Origin: Desulfosudaceae bacterium
Lineage (GTDB): Bacteria; Desulfobacterota; Desulfobacteria; Desulfobacterales; Desulfosudaceae
Direction: 5' to 3'
NCBI GenBank assembly: GCA_963674745.2
Contig: CAXXDV010000001.1
Span: 1,280,001 to 1,344,000, forward strand
Length of the DNA: 64,000 nucleotides
Notes under the pieces: model-generated
Told to the model about the DNA's origin: nothing
The model's database searches: none
What the model saw: the letters and a program-made list of their open reading frames with translations, nothing else
In this document: one piece after another, positions 29,607 through 38,868 of the stretch
How positions within the stretch are numbered: position 1 is the stretch's first letter
Layout: every line of letters begins with the position of its first letter
Program-made: the position numbers and the translations under genes

Positions 29607-31003
29607 AACAACCCCCTTACACTGAAGAATTCTTCCAGGCGCTCTTTGGTGTTTTCCCAGGATTCCACCCGGTCGTCAAAAGCGTCGTCGTAAAGAATAT
29701 GGGTGGGATAACCCAGTTTTTCCAAGTCTCTGGCAAAAGGCTTGACCATGCCCCAGGTGTTGCGGCAGCCCGGGGTGCCGTTGTAGATAATGCAGTCGGC
29801 CTTGAAGGCCCGGGCAATGGCAAGGGTTTCGTCCAGCCACATGTTGGGCTGGTCATAGGGGCCGCGAATGGAACGGACCATGGGCAAACGGGCGTTTAAC
29901 TGGGCAATGCTGTTCAGCATGGCCGCTTCCGATCCCGTGTTTATTTTATAAGCCGACCCGGGAAGGTCCTTTGTGTAAGACGTTCCTTCCATAAAGGTTT
30001 TGGAAAGAATGCTGCCCAGATGGGAAATACCGTTGTCGTCCAGCCATTTCCAGAAGGTCATGTCCACCGTGTAATGATCGATATAACACAGGTAAAGTCG
30101 CCTTTTTTCAACCTTGGACTTTAAACCTGAAACCCCATTTTCAACGTTCTGCCGGACGACCTTCCGCATTTCTTCAAGGGCACGGGTGTATTCCGGTAAT
30201 CCGGCGCATATAAAACGGCCGGCATAGATAAACATGTTGTAGATGGGCGGCACCGGACAGGGTACGACCATCTGCATGTCCTCCATGTCTGAAATGATGG
30301 TGTCCTGCTTTTCCACTTCCAGAAGAACGTCTTTCAGCCGGTCATAATCCATTTTATTACCGGTCTGCTCTTCCAGAAACCGGATCATTTCCCGGTAGTC
30401 CTCGAGCTGGTACTGGCTGGTGCGGTCGTCGTTGATCTTCTGGGGATAGTTGAGCTGGTAGCAGGGTTTTTCCAGATAGCTGGACGCAAAGGCGAAGGCA
30501 TTGGCGTTGGTGTCGCAGACACCGGGCGTGTCACAGACCAGAAAGTCGATTTCTTCGGCCAGACCCGCGAAATAGGCGCCCAAAGAGCCCCTCTGAGAAG
30601 AGCAGGATGTCTCGGTCAGGCCGACCTCGCAGCCGAAATCCAGATAATCAAATGCTCCCCGGCGCCAGACCATACTGGCCAAGGCGGACAGGATTTCAAA
30701 TGTTACGGGCACGGCGTCCACGGCATAGAGGATGGCCGGGGAAAAACAGAAGGTCGTGGCCGCAATTTTTTTTCCTTTGGCATGAGCCGTCAGAATATTA
30801 TCGAAGAACCGGGCCATCATCTTCAGAAAAACCGCTCCCGGTTCGCCCTCGTCCAGAATGGCGCCCAAAGGCTTGTTGAAATAGGGGACATACCGCATCA
30901 AAATGTCTTTTTCCTTGGGCGTGCCGTCCGATGCCTTGGACGCGGCACTGATGATGCGGTCCAACATCCAGTCAAAATGATATTCTTTTATTTCCGCCCG
31001 CAT
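29603..31003 (-). CDS. 2-hydroxyacyl-CoA dehydratase / benzoyl-CoA reductase family subunit (alpha-like)
   Basis: TSCSSQRG, GVCDTN, PGCRNTWG; FLEEQTGNKMDYDRLK. Confidence 0.88.
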   Translation of the reverse strand: MRAEIKEYHFDWMLDRIISAASKASDGTPKEKDILMRYVPYFNKPLGAILDEGEPGAVFLKMMARFFDNILTAHAKGKKIAATTFCFSPAILYAVDAVPVTFEILSALASMVWRRGAFDYLDFGCEVGLTETSCSSQRGSLGAYFAGLAEEIDFLVCDTPGVCDTNANAFAFASSYLEKPCYQLNYPQKINDDRTSQYQLEDYREMIRFLEEQTGNKMDYDRLKDVLLEVEKQDTIISDMEDMQMVVPCPVPPIYNMFIYAGRFICAGLPEYTRALEEMRKVVRQNVENGVSGLKSKVEKRRLYLCYIDHYTVDMTFWKWLDDNGISHLGSILSKTFMEGTSYTKDLPGSAYKINTGSEAAMLNSIAQLNARLPMVRSIRGPYDQPNMWLDETLAIARAFKADCIIYNGTPGCRNTWGMVKPFARDLEKLGYPTHILYDDAFDDRVESWENTKERLEEFFSVRGLL

Positions 31004-31040
31004 AAAACGACCTCCTGCGTTTGGGGATTGTTGTTTGTGG

Positions 31041-32180
31041 TTAGCCTGTAAGCCGTTCCAAAAAGGCCTGAATTCTCATTTGCAGACGGCCGGTTTCCGT
31101 CAGCGGGCCATACTCTCTTTCAATTTTCAGACAGGGCACCCCCGCTTTTTCCAGGTCCCGTTCCAGCAGGCCATGTTCCGAGCCGTGCAGGTCACAAAAG
31201 CGGATGTTCTGCATGATAACACCGTCAATGGCGGCCGCGTCGATTTTTTTCTTTAAAATATCCAGGCGTTCTTTGTATTTACCGAACATTCTCGGGCAGG
31301 TGCATTCACCCAGATATCCTTCGGCCATGGCTTCAAGAGGATCACCGGCTTCCGCCACCAGGTTGCCTTCATAGCGCACGCCAAAGCAGAGGTTTTCGGC
31401 CACCACCAGGGCGGTTTCATTCTTTTCAATCAATTCAATCAGCTCTATGTCGTCACTGATGCTGCCGATAACCAAGAGGCGTTTTTTTCCGGTGGAAACC
31501 GGGCGGCTGCTTTTCAGGTCCGCCAGGAGTTGTTCCAGCTTTTCCGTATATGTTTCCCTCGGCATGACCGTGCCGGCCACGGCCACGGCAAAGGCCTGGG
31601 AACCGGTTATGGGCACTTCCGGCCGGGCCCGGATCTCCTCCAGCTCCTTGAGCAGCAAACGGCCCCGGTTGTAAATCGCGATGGATTGCCGCAAGGCCTC
31701 ATCGTTTACGGTGACGTTGAAATGTTTCTGCACAGCATCGATAAGCATTTGAATTTCATCTTTAAACCATTTCATGCCATGGGGCAGTGTTTTGTGGGGC
31801 ACGTCAAAATAATAAAAGAAGGGCGGTACGATGCCTTCATAATCTTCTCCGGCTTTTCGCCAGCATTCGTCCAGACGGCGCATGGCGTCACAACCGGGTG
31901 TAATAATAGTGCCGTCCAGAAAGTGATACTTGCCCTTGCCGGCCAGTTGCAGAATGCATTTGGGAAAAGAACAGATAAAGGGCCCGAAAAAGGCGTCGCC
32001 GATGTCCGTGCCTTCGGTTTCAATGCCGCGGATACGGACCGGCAGAATGTCGACCGAATGAAAAATTTCAGCCGGCACGTAAGAGCAGGTATAGCCGACG
32101 GTTTTTTTTCCGGACGCCCGCCAGTCCTGAATGGTCCGGTTATAAAGAGTGGTTGTGGCCTCGTAAAAAAGATCAGTCAT
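31041..32180 (-). CDS. 2-hydroxyacyl-CoA dehydratase / benzoyl-CoA reductase family subunit (beta-like)
   Basis: GYTCSYVP, FICSFPK, GCDAMRR, TCPRM, RFCDLHG, GRLQMRIQAFLE. Confidence 0.9.
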   Translation of the reverse strand: MTDLFYEATTTLYNRTIQDWRASGKKTVGYTCSYVPAEIFHSVDILPVRIRGIETEGTDIGDAFFGPFICSFPKCILQLAGKGKYHFLDGTIITPGCDAMRRLDECWRKAGEDYEGIVPPFFYYFDVPHKTLPHGMKWFKDEIQMLIDAVQKHFNVTVNDEALRQSIAIYNRGRLLLKELEEIRARPEVPITGSQAFAVAVAGTVMPRETYTEKLEQLLADLKSSRPVSTGKKRLLVIGSISDDIELIELIEKNETALVVAENLCFGVRYEGNLVAEAGDPLEAMAEGYLGECTCPRMFGKYKERLDILKKKIDAAAIDGVIMQNIRFCDLHGSEHGLLERDLEKAGVPCLKIEREYGPLTETGRLQMRIQAFLERLTG

Positions 32181-33675
32181 GTTGCTCAGCCTCCCCGTTT
32201 TTTAATAATAAAGCAGCCAGCATGTGCCGCGCGCTTTCCGCTGCATCTTCAAACTCGTCATCATCGACCGCCAGGGCCTTGATGAACCCTTTTGTCAGTG
32301 GTGGAACCATGGCCCGGGCCAGGGGACGCAAGGCCTCACCGACGATTTCGCCCGCATTTTCCAGGAAAGCGGAAACTTCATATGTGTCCAGGGCGTCCAT
32401 CAGGGACGTGATTTTATCCCGGAGCACTTCCGGCCGGTCTTCGAACATCCGGTTGGCCAGCAGGACGGTGGCGTTGATGATGTTGGCCCCTTCCTGAAGG
32501 TCCAGACCGGCCAGCGACTGGGCCAGGGCCTCATTGATTTTTTCGGTATCCAGCGACTCCAGCGTTTCCAGCCGGTGGCCGAGGGTCCGAAAACGGGCAT
32601 TATGGACGGCGCTTTTTGTGGACAGGCTGCCGGCCAGCAGTTCCGGATGGTCGGCCAGAACATTCGTCAGGGCCCGGCCGGCTTGTTCTTTTATTTCTGC
32701 GACGGCGGTTCGGGATTTCCAGAACACCTCACCGTTGATTGTGCTGAAAACGGATTCAAGCAGGACCGACACATCGTTGGGCAACTGCGGGGCGCCCGGT
32801 TCGCCAATCAGTGCGCTGCCGACATGAAACCGGCGGACCATTTCGGCCAGTTCGTTGACCAGGCGGCCGACCGTGTCCGCGTCGGTTTCCCTTAACACCG
32901 AGAGAATAACGTCGGCCACCAGATCCGGTGATCCTTTTTCGTTAAACATACCGACAGCTTGAGCCAATGCGTCAACGGCGATGTTGCCAAGAGACGGTAC
33001 CAGCGCCAGAAAGGAAATCACCTTGCCGGGATAATGCCACATGGTCGTGTTGATCATGTGAACCACAGCGGAGATCGAGGGTATTCCTGTCTCCAGAGCT
33101 TCTTTTACTTCACCGAAGTCCAGGCTGGTGATCCACTTTTCGAAGGCCGGCGCCAGGGCCCTGGACAGAAAATCGGGCTCGTTTTTATGAACATCATTGA
33201 TGGTTCGACAGAAGACGGTTAAAAGTTCAGCGCTTTTTCCGGTTGAAAGATCCCGGACGATGGTTTCAACCAGCCTTTTTTTGGCCGCCACATCCAATTT
33301 CCGGATTTCTTCGGCGCCATTGACCAAAAGGGACAGAAGACCGTTCAGCAGCAGGCCGGTATGGGCGGAAGCCCGGCTGGTGAACGCCTCGTCTGATGCC
33401 AGGGAATGCAGGGCCGGTGCTTCGTCCAGCCCTTTTTCGTCCAGCATGGCGTTTTTTATGCTGTTGCCGGCTGCACTGGCAACGCCTTTGCGGAACACGC
33501 TTCGGGCCGGACCCGCCCCGGTGCCGCTGACCGCCCACAGGCGGATCAGTTCGGGAAGGAGGTTTCCGGCCAACTGGCGCATTTCTTTTGTGTTGCTGAT
33601 CTGTTCCAGGACTTCCCGGAAGGCCGGTGCATCCGACAAGATCTCCTTCGAGCCGATATGGTGTTGTTTCGACAT
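32173..33675 (-). CDS. Hypothetical all-alpha helical-repeat protein (about 500 aa)
   Basis: Long ORF coupled to neighbours on both sides; Leu/Ala/Glu-rich with recurring xxLDxxxhxxhh motif; no recognised family. Confidence 0.8.
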   Translation of the reverse strand: MSKQHHIGSKEILSDAPAFREVLEQISNTKEMRQLAGNLLPELIRLWAVSGTGAGPARSVFRKGVASAAGNSIKNAMLDEKGLDEAPALHSLASDEAFTSRASAHTGLLLNGLLSLLVNGAEEIRKLDVAAKKRLVETIVRDLSTGKSAELLTVFCRTINDVHKNEPDFLSRALAPAFEKWITSLDFGEVKEALETGIPSISAVVHMINTTMWHYPGKVISFLALVPSLGNIAVDALAQAVGMFNEKGSPDLVADVILSVLRETDADTVGRLVNELAEMVRRFHVGSALIGEPGAPQLPNDVSVLLESVFSTINGEVFWKSRTAVAEIKEQAGRALTNVLADHPELLAGSLSTKSAVHNARFRTLGHRLETLESLDTEKINEALAQSLAGLDLQEGANIINATVLLANRMFEDRPEVLRDKITSLMDALDTYEVSAFLENAGEIVGEALRPLARAMVPPLTKGFIKALAVDDDEFEDAAESARHMLAALLLKNGEAEQHD

Positions 33676-33676
33676 G

Positions 33677-34429
33677 TTATAATGACTCCCGGTTTTCAAG
33701 TGGGTTGACGATGGATTTTTTTTCTTTGCCGGCGGTAATCGAGGGGTCTTTCATACGCTGGTTGATCAGATCTCGACCGGCATCCAGCGTTTTTAAGGCC
33801 ACTTCTTTTTCCTTGGTTAGGTATTCGTTCACCGTTTCAACCGCCATTTCCCGGTTACCCTGCTGTAGATAAGCGTTTCCCCGTTCCACGATTTGCAGGT
33901 TTTCATAAAGACTCTCGCTGCGCAGGGTAAAGGTCAGATATTGCATGCGGCGGACACTCGGCAACAGATCTAAAATCATTTCTTCCAGCAGCGGATTTCT
34001 GGCCGCCTTTAAGCAATTCAGGCTGAAATCAAAAAAGGAGGTGTAGTAGGCATGAATATCTTTGCGACGAACGGCATCGGCCGCATTGAGCACGGTCTGG
34101 TTTATTTTTTTTAAATCTTCGGGGGTGCTCTTTTCGGTGCATTCCTTTGCCGCCAGCATGATCAGGGCGCAGGTAATGTTATATAGAGAACTGATATACG
34201 CTTTGGAAAGGCCGGTGACCTTGCTTCCTTTTCGCGGCGTCTGCTCTACCAGACGTTGCTTTTCCAACATCTTCAGCGCTTCGCGAACCGGACTTCGGCT
34301 GACCTGAAGCTCGGCAGCCAGTTGGGCCTCGCGGATGCTTTCACCCGGCTTCAGCTCAAAGCGGATGATTTTTTCCCGAATATGCTCGGCAATCTGTTCC
34401 GGCAAACTTTGTGCGGCGATGAATGTCAC
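33677..34429 (-). CDS. GntR-family (FCD) transcriptional regulator
   Basis: IREKIIRFELKPGESIREAQLAAELQVSRSPVREAL wHTH; FCD-like A.RNPLL; GTG start. Confidence 0.92.
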   Translation of the reverse strand: MTFIAAQSLPEQIAEHIREKIIRFELKPGESIREAQLAAELQVSRSPVREALKMLEKQRLVEQTPRKGSKVTGLSKAYISSLYNITCALIMLAAKECTEKSTPEDLKKINQTVLNAADAVRRKDIHAYYTSFFDFSLNCLKAARNPLLEEMILDLLPSVRRMQYLTFTLRSESLYENLQIVERGNAYLQQGNREMAVETVNEYLTKEKEVALKTLDAGRDLINQRMKDPSITAGKEKKSIVNPLENRESL

Positions 34430-34463
34430 AACCAGACCTTTTTTGATTAAGCCGAATACGCCA

Positions 34464-34511
34464 ATAGTCGATTGTCGACAAAATACCGTTCCGCGCCTCG
34501 CTTGTCAACAA
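34464..34511. promoter_or_regulatory. Putative GntR operator(s) overlapping the operon promoter
   Basis: Perfect palindrome TTGTCGACAA (34472-34481); related TTGTCAACAA (34502-34511) containing a minus-strand TTGACA; fits the FadR-type TnGT-N-ACnA pattern. Confidence 0.6.
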
Positions 34512-34636
34512 AAAAGTGAAAAGTAAAACTTTTATAATAAAAAAAAGGAAATTCTGAGGATAACGGGTTTTTAAAAAGCCTTTAATTTGGGCTTAATGAT
34601 TTTCCGGAAGAACAGAAACGGGTTGTTATGGGTGAC

Positions 34637-35362
34637 TTATTTGTTGGCGGGATCGGGATCAAAAACATAGCCCACCGCCCTTAAACTTCTGAAATGTTTT
34701 GGCCTTTTTGGGTTTTTTTCAAAATACTTGCGCAGCCGGACAATAAAGTTGTCAACCGTGCGGGTCGAGGTGTTACCGGTGTACCCCCAGCCGATTTCAA
34801 GCAGTTTTTTTCGGGATAAAGGTTTGTTGATGTTGGAAAAAAAAAGCTTTAGCAGCAGGGCCTCCTGCTCGGTAAGGGTGATTGTCCCCTGGCGGCACTC
34901 GGCCTGAAGGGTTTCAAAGTTAATGGTGTTACCACAGAAGGAATAAACAGGCGGAACGGCAACTTCCGTCGTCTGCTTGCTCCATGAGGCCCGGGTCAGC
35001 AGCCGTTCCACCCGGAGCAGGAACTCCTCCAGGTCAAAAGGCTTGGTCAGGTAATCGTCCACACCACAGGAAAGCCCTTTGATTTTGTCGGCCGGTTCGG
35101 TTTTGGCGGTTAAAATCAAAACCGGCAGTTTTTCGTCTTCCAGGCGGATGCGCTGTAACAGGGAAAAACCGTCGATTCCCGGCAGCATGACATCGAGCAC
35201 AATCAGGTCCGGGTGTTCGGTTTTCCATTTTTCCAGACCGGACAGGCCATCCTCGGCCCAGGATACGTCATATCCTTTCAAGGACAAATTGAGCTTCAAC
35301 CCCTCGGCAATATGGCCTTCATCCTCGATTATTAGCACGCGCAAAGATGATGATTTGTTCAT
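34637..35362 (-). CDS. OmpR-family response regulator
   Basis: IIEDE, LDVMLPGIDG, DDYLTKPF, RTVDNFIVRLRK, RAVGY. Confidence 0.95.
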   Translation of the reverse strand: MNKSSSLRVLIIEDEGHIAEGLKLNLSLKGYDVSWAEDGLSGLEKWKTEHPDLIVLDVMLPGIDGFSLLQRIRLEDEKLPVLILTAKTEPADKIKGLSCGVDDYLTKPFDLEEFLLRVERLLTRASWSKQTTEVAVPPVYSFCGNTINFETLQAECRQGTITLTEQEALLLKLFFSNINKPLSRKKLLEIGWGYTGNTSTRTVDNFIVRLRKYFEKNPKRPKHFRSLRAVGYVFDPDPANK

Positions 35363-36345
35363 TGGTTTTCCATGTTGACAGGTTGTTTGGTTGTGGGGCT
35401 GGATGGAAGCAGCAGCTTAAAAACCGTGCCCGGCCCGTCCTTTCTGGCTTCCACCCGGATGGTTCCCTTGTGAAGATTGACAATACTGGCGACAAGATAA
35501 AGGCCCAGGCCGCTGCCTTTGGCCGAACAGTCCTGGGCATTGCCGGCCTGATAAAACTTTTTGAAAATCTGTTTCCGGTCGGCTTTGGTAACACCAATGC
35601 CGTTGTCTATAAAACGGACCAGACAGTTTTTGCGGTGTTTTTCAAAAACAATGTCTATTCCGGGAGGATCGGCAGTATTGTATTTGACGGCATTGGTCAG
35701 CAGATTCATCAACAGCATTTCAAACAAAACCGGACTGATCCGGCAGCAGCAGGGTGAGCCGGCCCGGTTTTCAACGGTAATGGCCGCATTTTTGAACATG
35801 TGGCGGTTGTTCTCAATAAACCGTTCCGTCACTGCGGCAATATCATCTTCAACAAATTCGCCGGCAAAGGTTTTGCCTTGAATCTCAGCCAGATTCAGGA
35901 TGCTGTTAATGGTGGTCGAAAGCCGGTTGACATCTTCGACCATGGAATGAAGGTACTTGACCTGCTCCTCCCGCTTTAAGTCGTGTCGTAAAAAGGTCTC
36001 CAGAAAAAGCCGCAGGGACGTGACCGGTGTTTTTAATTCATGGGTAAAATTATCGATAAAGTTACGCTGCATGCGAAACAGACGATATGATTTCATGTTG
36101 TAGAAAAAAATGACGGCAATGCCGATCAGAATCAGGCCCACCAGAATTGACAGTACGGTGATGACCACCCAGGTGTGTGCGGCAGCGACATCTGTCTGGG
36201 CGATGTTAAAGCGCAGCATCAGGTCTTTCAAGCCCGCCCGGACCTTGATGTACCAGTAAATATACAGCGACAGGGATATCCCCAGTGCGATGCAGGAAAA
36301 GACAAAAACAGAAATGGAAAAAAGAAGCCAGCGGGTCCGGTTCAT
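35359..36345 (-). CDS. Membrane sensor histidine kinase
   Basis: Two TMs; H-box FTHELKTP, N-box NLLTNAVKY, DNGIG, GSGLGL. Confidence 0.95.
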   Translation of the reverse strand: MNRTRWLLFSISVFVFSCIALGISLSLYIYWYIKVRAGLKDLMLRFNIAQTDVAAAHTWVVITVLSILVGLILIGIAVIFFYNMKSYRLFRMQRNFIDNFTHELKTPVTSLRLFLETFLRHDLKREEQVKYLHSMVEDVNRLSTTINSILNLAEIQGKTFAGEFVEDDIAAVTERFIENNRHMFKNAAITVENRAGSPCCCRISPVLFEMLLMNLLTNAVKYNTADPPGIDIVFEKHRKNCLVRFIDNGIGVTKADRKQIFKKFYQAGNAQDCSAKGSGLGLYLVASIVNLHKGTIRVEARKDGPGTVFKLLLPSSPTTKQPVNMENQ

Positions 36346-36576
36346 AGCAAATGCCCCAATCGTTGAGTACGGCCAACCATACCGTAATTGATAGTAAAAA
36401 GCCAGCCGTTAGCGCCACCAGCCAGATAAAGAAGCAGAACCCAACCGACCCTCAAGCGGAACGAGTATAGCGTTTTCAATGATGGGCTTGACAATCTTTT
36501 TTTGAACACGTTACAAACCAAAAAGAAGTTTTGCGGAGTAAACAGACAGCATAATTTTTCGCAGACTGGAGGTCAT

Positions 36577-36975
36577 ATGCTGAAAACAAAAACGGCTAAA
36601 GCCGTCATTTTTTTTATTACCAGCCTGCTATTTTTTTTGGTCGTTCCCTGTTTGGCTCGGGATGATTCCCCTTAGGCGGCCGAAAAGCTGATGCGGTTTC
36701 AGATAGAATCCTTGAAAAACAGCGATTATCAGAAGTTTATTGAACATGGAAACACGGCGTTTAAAACAGTTATGGATGAATATTCGTTTGACGTTCTGGT
36801 AATGCAGCGAAAAAACAAAATTGCCCGGGGTTATCGCCTTGAATATCTTGGTGCAATAAGAACCATCGGCATGTTCACTCATTTGTGGACGGTACATATT
36901 AAGGATGATAAGTATCAGTTCTTGGGAAAGTTGAGTGTTTCGCACGGAAAAGTCGTCGGATTTGATTTGGAGTAA
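36577..36975 (+). pseudogene. Exported hypothetical protein (132 codons) interrupted by an in-frame TAG at codon 33 (36673-36675)
   Basis: GGAGG RBS + ATG 36577; signal peptide MLKTKTAKAVIFFITSLLFFLVVPCLA-RDDSP*AAEKLMRFQ..., in frame with track ORF 36691-36975. Confidence 0.7.
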
Positions 36976-36981
36976 CAGAAA

Positions 36982-37437
36982 ATGCCATACTCCCTGAAGT
37001 TTTCAACCCGTTTAGCGGCATCAAAACAAGACGTTTGGGAGTGGATAACCTCTCTTGACGGCATATCCAGGGAAATGGCACCGTATATGCGCATGACCGC
37101 GCCCAAAGGCATGACCAGTATCAATTCTTTAGCGTTTCAGCCCGGTCAACGGATGTTCCGGAGCTGGATACTGCTTTTCGGCTTGATCCCTTTTGATTTT
37201 TCGGACCTGACCCTCGAAAGCCTTGATAAGGGCGAAGGGCTTGTCGAGCAGTCGCCCATGGGCAGCATGCGTCTCTGGCGTCATGAGCGGCGCCTGGCTT
37301 CTGTTGAAGGCGGATGCGAGCTGACGGATAAGCTGACCTTTGAACCCAGATTTGCGGGCTGGCTGACGTTCCGCATCATCCGGGCCTTTTTCCGCCACCG
37401 GCATCGCAACCTGGGGCGCTATCTGGGCAAATTATAA
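36982..37437 (+). CDS. SRPBCC-like (ligand-binding, cyclase-like) hypothetical protein
   Basis: STRLAASKQDVWEW...WRHERRL...GCELTDKLTF...FFRHRH. Confidence 0.7.
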   Translation: MPYSLKFSTRLAASKQDVWEWITSLDGISREMAPYMRMTAPKGMTSINSLAFQPGQRMFRSWILLFGLIPFDFSDLTLESLDKGEGLVEQSPMGSMRLWRHERRLASVEGGCELTDKLTFEPRFAGWLTFRIIRAFFRHRHRNLGRYLGKL

Positions 37438-37481
37438 GGGAGATGGAAGGCTGAACAGTCTTTCCAATAACCCAAAACAAT

Positions 37482-37623
37482 CGTCATTCCCGGTTCCGCA
37501 GACTGTGGTCAATCCGTTATCTGGGTGAAACAGAACGAAAACGGGTGCCACGGGCGAAGCGACAGCTTGCCCGTGTTTAAGGGCGACCAGCCGGTCGCCC
37601 CTACAGGGCGAGCCGGGATGACG
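37482..37623. repeat. Nested REP-like palindromic cluster between convergent genes
   Basis: Outer IR CGTCATTCCCGG...CCGGGATGACG; inner CACGGGCGAAGC-gaca-GCTTGCCCGTG; minus-strand GTAG-GGGCGACC-ggct-GGTCGCCC (37581-37604). Confidence 0.75.
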
Positions 37624-37641
37624 CGTTGAGAGACAGGTTGT

Positions 37642-38829
37642 TCAGCCCCCCAGGGTATTGTCGGCCCTGAAAATTTTTATGTTTTTCAGGCTTTTGGGGA
37701 TGTCTTTGACAGTGCCTTTGGCCGCGATGAAATCGGCCGGTAAGCCCGGAGCCAGCGTTCCCGGGGCGTCTAACTTCAAAAGCGCGGCCCCATTAGAGGT
37801 GCCGCACTTGATGGCCTGCTCTACCGAATAACCCGCTTCCAGCAGCAGGCCCAACTCCGCAACAACGCTGTCACCGTGAAACACACCCGGGCTGCCCGCG
37901 TCGGTTCCCAGTGCGATGGTCACGCCGATTTTTCTGGCAAAAGCGATTTGCTCCATCTGGCTTTCCAGGTTAAGGGCGGCCACTTTTCCGCCTTCCCGCT
38001 CCATTCTGGCAAAGGCCTGCATGGTACATGCGGTTGGAATCCAGCAGACCCCTTTTTCCGCCATCCGTTCCAGGTTGTCACAACCCATGAAAAAACCGTG
38101 CTCAATAGAATCTACGCCGGCTTCGACCGCTTCTTTAACTGGAATTTCCCCATTAGCGTGAACCATGACCGCCTGCTTTTTCTTCCGGGCCAGGCGAACG
38201 ATGGCTTTTAATTCATCCGGTTGAAACTGGGGCTTGGTCGTCTGCCCGAATACTTTTAAGCTGTTAATACCGGAATTGATGATTTTTACATGATCGGCGG
38301 ATTCCGTGTTCCGGCTGACGGCGTCCATCAGCCGGTTGCTGTTTATCGCGGTGCCGCCGACAATTTTTCCGTAACGTCCCGGCTTGTAAAAAGCCCGGCC
38401 CGCGGTTTTGACACAAAGCCCGGCCCCGGTGCCGGCAAGGTTTTCTTTTTTATAGCGGACAGCATGCGCACCGGCGTCTCCGCCGTCCCGGACAGCCATC
38501 ACACCGTTCTGGATGTGGCGCTCGACATGACGGCTGATAAACGGTTTGATGGTTTTATAGTCAGCCGTAAACAGGTCAGCGCGGGCTTCATCGGCAACAT
38601 CGGCACACATGAAAAGATGGACATGGCTGTCGACAAAGCCGGGTAAAACCGTATAATCACCCAGGTCAACCAGGGGCAGGTCCGTTTTCGGCAGAACCCC
38701 GGAAATGGACGCGATTTTTCCGTTTTCAACGAGCAAAAAGACGTTTATCCGGACCGGATTCCCGGTGCCGTTGATCAGCGAGCCGGCCTTGACGATGGCG
38801 TTGTTTATATAATTAAGAGAAGATGTCAT
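37642..38829 (-). CDS. Metal-dependent amidohydrolase
   Basis: VLPGFVDSHVH, VMVHA, SIEHG, GTDAG, GTLAPGLPAD. Confidence 0.9.
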   Translation of the reverse strand: MTSSLNYINNAIVKAGSLINGTGNPVRINVFLLVENGKIASISGVLPKTDLPLVDLGDYTVLPGFVDSHVHLFMCADVADEARADLFTADYKTIKPFISRHVERHIQNGVMAVRDGGDAGAHAVRYKKENLAGTGAGLCVKTAGRAFYKPGRYGKIVGGTAINSNRLMDAVSRNTESADHVKIINSGINSLKVFGQTTKPQFQPDELKAIVRLARKKKQAVMVHANGEIPVKEAVEAGVDSIEHGFFMGCDNLERMAEKGVCWIPTACTMQAFARMEREGGKVAALNLESQMEQIAFARKIGVTIALGTDAGSPGVFHGDSVVAELGLLLEAGYSVEQAIKCGTSNGAALLKLDAPGTLAPGLPADFIAAKGTVKDIPKSLKNIKIFRADNTLGG

Positions 38830-38868
38830 TGTGCTTTTTTTCGTTTATTCGTTACATTGATGATAAAA

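Noticed and set aside
23759..32180. Assigning gene symbols bcrABCD or hgdABC and a specific substrate
   Set aside because: Family motifs are clear, but substrate and orthology cannot be determined without phylogeny.
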